From Acidobacteriota bacterium (GTDB lineage Bacteria > Acidobacteriota > Vicinamibacteria > Vicinamibacterales > UBA2999): a stretch of DNA of 64,000 nt. Within the stretch, counting starts at the first letter, position 1; the number at the start of each line of letters is the position of its first letter. A program made the position numbers and the translations under genes. The stretch lies in contig CAUJDN010000061.1 of assembly GCA_963169195.1 (NCBI GenBank), forward strand, positions 19,833 to 83,832, written 5' to 3'. The notes below the pieces were generated by a model. The model made no database searches, had not been told where the DNA came from, and saw only the letters and a list, made by a program, of their open reading frames with translations. Below are positions 57,656 to 64,000 of the stretch, piece after piece.

Positions 57656-58078
57656 ATGGGAAGCGTGAACAAAGTACTGTTGGTCGGCAACCTGGGGCGG
57701 GACGCGGAAGTGCGCTACACGCCCGGCGGCGCGCCGGTGGCGAGCTTCAGCATCGCGACCACCGAGAACTGGACGTCGAAGGACGGCGAGAAGCACGAGC
57801 AGACCGAGTGGCACCGCATCGTGCTCTGGGGCAAGCAGGCCGAGACCCTGCAGCCCTACCTCACGAAGGGCAAGCAGATCTTCGTCGAAGGCCGGCTCCA
57901 GACCCGCCAGTGGGAGAAGGACGGCCAGAAGCACTACACCACCGAGATCAAGGCCGACCGCATCGTCCTGCTGGGCGGCGGCCGCGGTGCGGACCGCGGG
58001 GATCGCGGCGACCTGGGCGCTTACCAGGATCCGATGAAGGAGCCGGCGGCCGTCACCGACGACGATATCCCATTCTAG
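57656..58078 (+). CDS. ssb: Single-stranded DNA-binding protein
   Basis: 140 aa. OB fold ..[35 protein letters not shown].., a Gly-rich linker and an acidic tip DDDIPF. Confidence 0.95.
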   Translation: MGSVNKVLLVGNLGRDAEVRYTPGGAPVASFSIATTENWTSKDGEKHEQTEWHRIVLWGKQAETLQPYLTKGKQIFVEGRLQTRQWEKDGQKHYTTEIKADRIVLLGGGRGADRGDRGDLGAYQDPMKEPAAVTDDDIPF

Positions 58079-58105
58079 ACGGGAGATCCGACCCACGACA
58101 GGGAG

Positions 58106-58158
58106 GGCAGGCCCGTCGGGCATGCCGCGGTGACGGGATCGCCATGGCCGTCGATCCC
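58106..58158. terminator. Two GC-rich hairpins in the convergent ssb/cupin spacer (possible bidirectional terminator)
   Basis: GGCAgGCC-cgtcg-GGCaTGCC at 58106..58126 and GGGATCG-ccatggccgt-CGATCCC at 58135..58158. No clear U-tract. Confidence 0.3.
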
Positions 58159-58187
58159 GGCACGCGCGGCTCTACCCGACGCGACCG

Positions 58188-58526
58188 CTAAGACCTCCCG
58201 TACCGGTCTTCCAGCCGCACGACGTCGTCGGTTTCCGGCGTGGACACCTCGAAGATGTCGCTGTCCTCGAGCGCCGTCATGCGGTGCACGGTGGGCGGCG
58301 GTACATGGACGGCGTCGCCCGGCCCCATCTCGCGCTGCGTGATCGCGTCGCCTTCCCTCATCTCGAAGAGGATGCGGCCGGCGTGAACGTAGATGGTCTC
58401 GTCCTTGCGGTTGTGGTACTGCAGGCTCAGGGCCTGCCCCTTGTTCACGTGAATGAGCTTGCCCACGTAGCGGTCGGTCGTCGCCCACCACAGCTCGTAG
58501 CCCCACGGCTTCTCCACTCGATGCAT
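58188..58526 (-). CDS. Cupin-domain protein (type II phosphomannose isomerase-like cupin)
   Basis: 112 aa. ..EKPWGYELWW..GKLIHVNKGQALSLQYHNRKDETIYV..GDAVHVPPPTVHR... Confidence 0.75.
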   Translation of the reverse strand: MHRVEKPWGYELWWATTDRYVGKLIHVNKGQALSLQYHNRKDETIYVHAGRILFEMREGDAITQREMGPGDAVHVPPPTVHRMTALEDSDIFEVSTPETDDVVRLEDRYGRS

Positions 58527-58585
58527 ACCGGGTTCTCCGTCTCCCTGCGCCTCGGTGGGCGCGATGCTCGTCCTCGTCTGCGGCG

Positions 58586-60316
58586 CTAGCGCCGTGACGA
58601 CTCCCGCGCCGACGCCGCCAGGGCGTCGAACAGGAACTGCTCCACTTCCGCCGCCGTGGCCAGCGCCAGCGCGTGCCGGGCGAGGCGCTGCACCTCGCTC
58701 ACGCGCAGGTCCTCGATCACCCGCCGCACCAGCGGGATGGCGCCCGGTGTCATGCTGAACGCCGTGAGGCCGAGACCCACGAGCAGCCCCACCATCGCGG
58801 GGTCCGAGGCCATTTCGCCGCAGAGCGATACCGGCACGCCGTGCCGGCGCGCCGCGCGGCCGACCATCCGGATCAACCGGAGGACTGCCGGGTGCAGGGG
58901 CTCGTACAGGTCCGAGAGGCGATCGTCGGTCCGATCCACGGCCAGCGTGTACTGGATGAGATCGTTCGTGCCGATGGTGAAGAAGTCCACCTCGCGCGCG
59001 AGCAGGTCACTGACGAGTGCCGCGGCGGGCGTCTCGATCATGGCGCCGAGCGGGACGGGCGCGGCGCCCAGGCCCCGGCAGACGCTCTCGAAGATGGCAC
59101 GCGCCTGGCGCATCTCCTCCACGGCCGTGACGAAGGGGAACATGATCCGCAGCGGCCCGTGGGCCGACGCGCGGACCAGCGCGCGCAGCTGCGTGCCGAG
59201 CACCTCGGGATGCGCCAGGCCCAGGCGCAGGCCGCGGAGCCCCGGGCGCGCACGGCTGCGCTCCGGCGCGCGGCCAAGCCCCGTGTGCCGCTCATCCAGA
59301 TCGAAGGTGCGGATCGTGACGGGCCGCGGGGACACCTGCTCGAGCAGGCTCCGGTAGGCGTGGTACTGCACCTCCTCGGTGGCCCCCTCGAGCGTGCGGC
59401 CCGACAGGAGGAACTCCGAGCGGTAGAGGCCGATGCCCTCCGCGCCGAACTCCTGGAGGAACGGCAGGTCCTCGACGAGCTCGATGTTCGCGTCGATGCG
59501 GATCCGCACGCCATCGGCGGTGGAGACCGGTGTCTGGACCGGCGCTGGCGTGGACACGCTGCGCCGCGGCCGGGCTGCGCGGTGCCGGGCGGTGTCGATG
59601 GCGGCCGCGTCCGGGTCCACCGTGACGTCGCCGGTGCTGCCGTCGAGAATGATGGGCGTGCCCGCGGCGATGCGGCTGGACAGGTCGTGGAGTCCCACGA
59701 CGGCGGGTACCTTGAGCGAGCGGGCGAGGATGGCCGTGTGGTACGTGCGGCTTCCCGCGTCGGTGGCGAATCCCAGCACGCGCGTCCAGTCGAGCTGCGC
59801 TGCGAGCGAGGCCGTCAGCTCGTCGGCCACCAGGATGGACGGCCCGTCGATCTCGCGCAGCAGCTCGCGCAGGCCGACACCCCGATGACGAAGGTTCATC
59901 CGCAGGCGCCCGGCGACGTCGGCGAGATCGGTCTCGCGCTCCCGCAGGTAGGGGTCCTCCATCGCGGCGAAGTGCTGCCGCACTTCCTCGTAGGCCCGGT
60001 GCACGGCCCACGCGGCGTTCACCCGCTCGTCGCCCACGATCTGCCGGGCACGCCCGACGAGGAGGGGGTCGTCCAGCATCAGCAGCTGTGCGTCGAAGAG
60101 GGGCGCCATGTCGCGCGCGGGCCCCGAGGCGAGCCGGGCACGGATGTCCTGCAGCTGGCGACGCGACTGCTCCACCGCGTGCGCGATGGCGGCCAGTTCG
60201 CGATCCACCCGCTCGGGCGGGATGGGGAAGCACACGACCTCCGACGGCTGCGTGAGCACCACGGCGCGGCCCACGGCCACCCCCGGTGACACGCCAATGC
60301 CGGTCAGGCGCTCCAC
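58586..60316 (-). CDS. ptsI: Phosphoenolpyruvate-protein phosphotransferase (PTS Enzyme I)
   Basis: GTG at 60316 preceded by GGAGGA (VERLTGIGVSPGVAVG..). Phospho-His region ..TDAGSRTYHTAILARS.. and the PEP-utilising C-terminal barrel. The longer ORF to 60592 runs out of frame through ptsH. Confidence 0.92.
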   Translation of the reverse strand: MERLTGIGVSPGVAVGRAVVLTQPSEVVCFPIPPERVDRELAAIAHAVEQSRRQLQDIRARLASGPARDMAPLFDAQLLMLDDPLLVGRARQIVGDERVNAAWAVHRAYEEVRQHFAAMEDPYLRERETDLADVAGRLRMNLRHRGVGLRELLREIDGPSILVADELTASLAAQLDWTRVLGFATDAGSRTYHTAILARSLKVPAVVGLHDLSSRIAAGTPIILDGSTGDVTVDPDAAAIDTARHRAARPRRSVSTPAPVQTPVSTADGVRIRIDANIELVEDLPFLQEFGAEGIGLYRSEFLLSGRTLEGATEEVQYHAYRSLLEQVSPRPVTIRTFDLDERHTGLGRAPERSRARPGLRGLRLGLAHPEVLGTQLRALVRASAHGPLRIMFPFVTAVEEMRQARAIFESVCRGLGAAPVPLGAMIETPAAALVSDLLAREVDFFTIGTNDLIQYTLAVDRTDDRLSDLYEPLHPAVLRLIRMVGRAARRHGVPVSLCGEMASDPAMVGLLVGLGLTAFSMTPGAIPLVRRVIEDLRVSEVQRLARHALALATAAEVEQFLFDALAASARESSRR

Positions 60317-60582
60317 GTGTCCTCCCCGAACCCCGACGAGACCAGCCCGGTCAGGGTGTCCACGGCCGCCTCCTCGTCCGGGCCTTCGGCCGAGATGACA
60401 ATGGTCGTGCCCCGCGCCGCGGCCAGCAGCAGCACGCCCATGATGCTCTTGCCATCCATGGTCCGGCTGTCGCGCCTCACCAGGATGCGCGAGTGGAACC
60501 GCGTGGCGGCGTGCACGAACTTGGCGGCGGCCCGGGCGTGGAGGCCGAGGCGGTTCGGCACCACGACATCGCGCGAGGTCAT
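60304..60582 (-). CDS. ptsH: Phosphocarrier protein HPr (His15 and Ser46 both present)
   Basis: 92 aa with ..NRLGLHARAAAKFV.. (His15) and ..DGKSIMGVLLL.. (the Ser46 context targeted by HprK). Confidence 0.9.
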   Translation of the reverse strand: MTSRDVVVPNRLGLHARAAAKFVHAATRFHSRILVRRDSRTMDGKSIMGVLLLAAARGTTIVISAEGPDEEAAVDTLTGLVSSGFGEDTWSA

Positions 60583-61019
60583 CCCGCGGCACCCGTGGCC
60601 CCGGCCGCCCCGGGCGACGAGCCCTCCAGCAGGTCGGTGGCCACCCAGATGGCGCTGCGACCGTGCTCGCAGAGCTGCCGCGCGACGTCGGCGAGTGCGC
60701 CGACGTCGCGCAGGCTGGCCGCCTTGATGAGCATCGGGAGGTTGACGCCCGAGACGACCTCGACCTGGTCCTTCTCCAGGAAGGTCATCGCGAGGTTGCA
60801 GGGCGTGCCGCCGAACATGTCGGTGGCAATCAGCACGCCCTCGTCGCCGCTCTTCACGCGCGCGATGGCCGACTGGATGTCGTCGCGGGCGTCCTTCACG
60901 TCCTCGTGCCAGCCGATGGAGACCGCCGCGAACTGCGGCAGGTCCCCGACGATGGTCTCGGCCGCATTGACCAGCTCGGTGGCCAGCTGGCCGTGGGTCA
61001 CGACCACGATGCCAATCAT
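60579..61019 (-). CDS. PTS EIIA component, mannose/fructose family (no cognate EIIB/C/D nearby)
   Basis: ATG at 61019 with GGGGAGG upstream. MIGIVVVTHGQLATEL.. (His10 site) and ..ATDMFGGTPCN... Overlaps the rapZ stop (ATGA). Confidence 0.85.
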   Translation of the reverse strand: MIGIVVVTHGQLATELVNAAETIVGDLPQFAAVSIGWHEDVKDARDDIQSAIARVKSGDEGVLIATDMFGGTPCNLAMTFLEKDQVEVVSGVNLPMLIKAASLRDVGALADVARQLCEHGRSAIWVATDLLEGSSPGAAGATGAAG

Positions 61020-61909
61020 GCCTGCCTCCCCATGTCGCGATGACGCACCTTCGTGGTGACGTTCCTGAGGTTCGCCAGCTCGCGCTTGAGCGACTCGGCG
61101 ATGAACACGGAGCGGTGCCGCCCGCCGGTACACCCCACGGCGACCGTCAGGTAGGCCTTGCCCTCCGCCACGTACTGCGGCACGAGGAACCGCAGGAACG
61201 AGGCAAGGCGCGCCAGGAGGCGCCCGGTCATCGGCTGGCGGTGCATGTAGGCGGCCACGGCGCGGTCGCGCCCGGTCTTGGGCCGGAGCGTCGGCACCCA
61301 GTGGGGGTTCTTCAGGAACCGCACGTCGAAGACGAGATCGGCCTCGGGCGGCACGCCGTAGTGGAACCCGAAGCTCAGGAACGTGAGGACCAGGGTCGAG
61401 GCCTGCCGGCGGCCGGCGACGATGTGGAGCAGCCGCTGCCTGAGTTCGTGCACGTTCATGGACGAGGTGTCGATGACCGTGTCGGCCATGCCGCGGATGG
61501 CGCGCAGCGTAGCGCGCTCTTCGGCCAGGCCCTCGGTGACGGGACGGTCGGCGGCCAGCGGGTGCGGGCGCCTGGTCTCGGAGAACCGGCGGACGAGCTC
61601 GACCTGGCTCGCCTCCAGGAAGATGAGGAACGGCGAGGTCTCCCGCGACTGGCGCAGCGCGCGGAACACGCGCGGGAAATCGCTGACGAAGCGGGGCTCG
61701 CGCACGTCGATGACCACGGCGATACGGTCGTGCTCGTTGCCGTGCTTGCGGGCGAACTCGGCCATGAACGGCAGCAGCGTGACGGGCAGGTTGTCCACGC
61801 AGTAGTAGCCGAGGTCCTCCAGCGCGCGGATGGCCTGCGACTTGCCGGCGCCGGAGAGGCCCGTCAGGACGATGAACCGCGTGGACCGGTGCGTGCGCTC
61901 ACGCGTCAT
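61016..61909 (-). CDS. rapZ: RNase adapter / nucleotide-binding protein RapZ (YhbJ)
   Basis: ATG at 61909. Walker A ..LTGLSGAGKSQAIRALED.. and ..DVRFLKNPHW.., ..GCTGGRHRSV... Confidence 0.92.
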   Translation of the reverse strand: MTRERTHRSTRFIVLTGLSGAGKSQAIRALEDLGYYCVDNLPVTLLPFMAEFARKHGNEHDRIAVVIDVREPRFVSDFPRVFRALRQSRETSPFLIFLEASQVELVRRFSETRRPHPLAADRPVTEGLAEERATLRAIRGMADTVIDTSSMNVHELRQRLLHIVAGRRQASTLVLTFLSFGFHYGVPPEADLVFDVRFLKNPHWVPTLRPKTGRDRAVAAYMHRQPMTGRLLARLASFLRFLVPQYVAEGKAYLTVAVGCTGGRHRSVFIAESLKRELANLRNVTTKVRHRDMGRQA

Positions 61910-62910
61910 GGCACGTCTCCCACGTCGCCCTCGTCCTCGTCGTGCTCGTCGTCGGGGGCGCCCGGCGCGGACACGAGCGCGGCGTCCAGGCGCGCGGCGA
62001 GCCGGCGGGCGGCGTTGATGCCGCGCGCCCGCAGCAGCTGGTTGCGGGCGGCCACCTCGACCAGCGTGGCGAGGTTGCGCCCCGGCGCGACCGGCATGCG
62101 GACGAGCGGGATCTTCAGGCCCAGCAGCTCGAGGTGCTCCTCGTCCAGGCCCAGCCGGTCGTACTCGCGCGCTTCGTCCCACCGCTCGAGCTGTACGACC
62201 AGCTCGATGCGCTTCGACGTCCGGGTGGATGCCACGCCGAACAGATCGCGGATGTGGATGAGGCCCAGGCCCCGCACCTCCATGTGGTGCCGCGTCAGGT
62301 CCGGGCAGCTGCCGATGACGATGGACTCGGCGCGGCGCCGGATCTCGACGGTGTCGTCGGCGACGAGCCGATGGCCGCGGCAGACGAGATCCAGGGCGCA
62401 CTCGCTCTTGCCGATGCCGCTCTCCCCGGCCAGCAGGACGCCCAGGCCCAGGATGTCGAGCAGGACGCCGTGGATGATCTCGCGGACGGCCAGCCGGTCC
62501 TCGAGCAGGGCCGTGATCTTGCCGATGGCGGCCGCGGTCGGCACGGTCGTCCCGAGCAGCGGGAGGCCCGCACGATTCGCCTCGGTCACGACGTCCTCGG
62601 GGACGGCGGCGCCGCTGGTCACGAGGAGGCACGGCACGTTCTGCTCGAATGCCTTGGCGAGGGCGAACTGGCGCGCCACGGGCGGCAGCGACTCGAGGAA
62701 GCGGATCTCGCTGTCGCCGAAGATGAGCACGCGCCCGGGCTGGAGGTACTCGTGGAAGCCGGCCAGCGCGAGGCCGGTCTTCTGGATGTAGGGGCTCGTG
62801 ATGCGGCGGTCGAGGCCCGCGGATCCGGCGAGCAGTTCCACCGGCAGGCCGATAGCCTCGGGGCGCGCGCCCAGCAGCCCTTCGACGGTGACGGCCGGAA
62901 CCGTCGTCAT
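61906..62910 (-). CDS. hprK: HPr kinase/phosphorylase
   Basis: ATG at 62910. P-loop ..LAGESGIGKSECALDL.., ..HRLVADD.. and ..MEVRGLGLI... Acidic C-terminal tail. Confidence 0.92.
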   Translation of the reverse strand: MTTVPAVTVEGLLGARPEAIGLPVELLAGSAGLDRRITSPYIQKTGLALAGFHEYLQPGRVLIFGDSEIRFLESLPPVARQFALAKAFEQNVPCLLVTSGAAVPEDVVTEANRAGLPLLGTTVPTAAAIGKITALLEDRLAVREIIHGVLLDILGLGVLLAGESGIGKSECALDLVCRGHRLVADDTVEIRRRAESIVIGSCPDLTRHHMEVRGLGLIHIRDLFGVASTRTSKRIELVVQLERWDEAREYDRLGLDEEHLELLGLKIPLVRMPVAPGRNLATLVEVAARNQLLRARGINAARRLAARLDAALVSAPGAPDDEHDEDEGDVGDVP

Positions 62911-62921
62911 CGGCGCACGCG

Positions 62922-64000
62922 CTAGAAGAGGACCTTCCGCTGGTTGGACGTCGGAATCTTCAGCTCTTCGCGGTACTTGGCGATGGTGCGCCGCGCGAGG
63001 ATGAGGCCCTCGCGCTGGAGGATGCTGACGATCTTCGAGTCGCTGAGCGGCTTGCGGGGGTCCTCTCCCTCGATGATCTTCTTGATGCGGTTCTTGATCG
63101 TCACCGACGACACCGACTCGCCGTACGAGCTGCTGATGCCGCTGTGGAAGAAGAACTTCATCTCGTGCACGCCCTGCGGGGTGTGCATGTACTTGTTGGT
63201 GACGACCCGGCTGACGGTGGACTCGTGCATGCCGATGTCGTTGGCGACATCGCGCAGCACCAGCGGGCGCAGGTGCTCGATGCCGTGGTCCATGAAGTCC
63301 CGCTGGAAGCGGATGATGCTCGTCGCCACCTTGTGGATGGTCTTCTGGCGTTGCTCCACCGACTTGATGAGCCACAGCGCCGAGCGGAACTTGTCCTTCA
63401 CGTAGGCGCGCGTCTCGTCGCTGTTCTCGGCGGCGCCCTTGTCCAGCAGGCGGCGGTACGTCGGGCTGATGCGCAGCTGCGGCAGGCCGTCCTCGTTCAG
63501 CACGGCGACGTACTCGTCCTCGACCTTCACGACGTAGACGTCGGGAATGACGTATTGCGACGGGCGCGGGTTGAAGCGGCTGCCCGGCTTCGGATCCAGC
63601 TGCTGGATGATCTCGATGTGGTGCTTCAGCTCCTCGAGCGACAGGTTCAGCCTCTTCGACAGCTCGGGGATCTGGTGGTTCTGCAGCAGCCGGAGGTGCT
63701 CGGTGACGATCTTCTCGGCGGGCGTGCCCTCGAGGCCCAGGTGCCGGACCTGCAGCGTGAGGCACTCCTGGAGGTCGCGCGCGGCCACGCCGATGGGGTC
63801 GAAGCCCTGGATGAGGCGCAGGACGTTCTCGACCTCGGCGACGGGCCACGGGCCCATGTTGGCGATCTCGTCCACGGACGCGACGAGGTAGCCGTCGTCG
63901 TCCAGGTTGCCGATGATGGCCTCGCCGATCTCACGGACCTGGTCGTCGTTGGTCTGCAGCGACAGCTGCCACTCCAGATGGTCGGTGAGCGAGCTGGAGG
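62922..64000 (-). CDS. rpoN: RNA polymerase sigma-54 factor RpoN, C-terminal part (5' end beyond the window)
   Basis: The frame is open to the window end. HTH ..DVANDIGMHESTVSRVV.. and RpoN box ..ARRTIAKYREEL... Confidence 0.93.
   Translation of the reverse strand, partial: SSSLTDHLEWQLSLQTNDDQVREIGEAIIGNLDDDGYLVASVDEIANMGPWPVAEVENVLRLIQGFDPIGVAARDLQECLTLQVRHLGLEGTPAEKIVTEHLRLLQNHQIPELSKRLNLSLEELKHHIEIIQQLDPKPGSRFNPRPSQYVIPDVYVVKVEDEYVAVLNEDGLPQLRISPTYRRLLDKGAAENSDETRAYVKDKFRSALWLIKSVEQRQKTIHKVATSIIRFQRDFMDHGIEHLRPLVLRDVANDIGMHESTVSRVVTNKYMHTPQGVHEMKFFFHSGISSSYGESVSSVTIKNRIKKIIEGEDPRKPLSDSKIVSILQREGLILARRTIAKYREELKIPTSNQRKVLF

Noticed and set aside
60317-60592. A 92-aa N-terminal extension of the ptsI ORF.
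   Set aside because: It overlaps the HPr gene out of frame. An SD-preceded GTG at 60316 gives a canonical Enzyme I N-terminus.

Overview
Very GC-rich chromosomal segment from a diderm bacterium (tol-pal, lptFG and a secretin are present). The style looks Acidobacteriota-like, but that is only an inference. About 57 protein genes are densely packed, and many are linked by ATGA/GTGA start-stop overlaps. I recognised no rRNA, tRNA, CRISPR array or intact IS element. Housekeeping blocks: gcvT-gcvH-gcvP, nnr-tsaE, secA-guaB, comM, parAB, recN-miaB-bifunctional nuclease, tolQ-tolR-tolA-like-tolB-pal-cpoB, ssb, and rpoN-hprK-rapZ-EIIA(Man)-ptsH-ptsI (a permease-less regulatory PTS). Four regions look accessory or unusual. 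(1) A two-gene microcompartment module at 15.4-17.5 kb: a lone BMC-H shell protein plus an AdhE-type acylating aldehyde dehydrogenase with a ~150-aa C-terminal tail. (2) A type II secretion / type IV pilus hybrid cluster at 18.5-30.7 kb (SLT, GspF, GspE, PilM/N/O, PilP-like, secretin, three GspG-like proteins). Its secretin is a lipoprotein with N-terminal TPRs and a C-terminal cohesin-like domain. One GspG paralogue carries (GGGFGQP)x6, and a Big/PKD lipoprotein gene sits antisense inside the cluster. (3) A MurNAc/GlcNAc scavenging island at 30.8-39.0 kb. (4) Short-period (7-9 bp) repeat arrays and inverted arrays at gene boundaries, some of which encode the C-terminal tails of tsaE and recN, plus an AT-rich island between GH57 and parB. 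Many long ORFs in the six-frame track are antisense or out-of-frame GC artefacts and were rejected.
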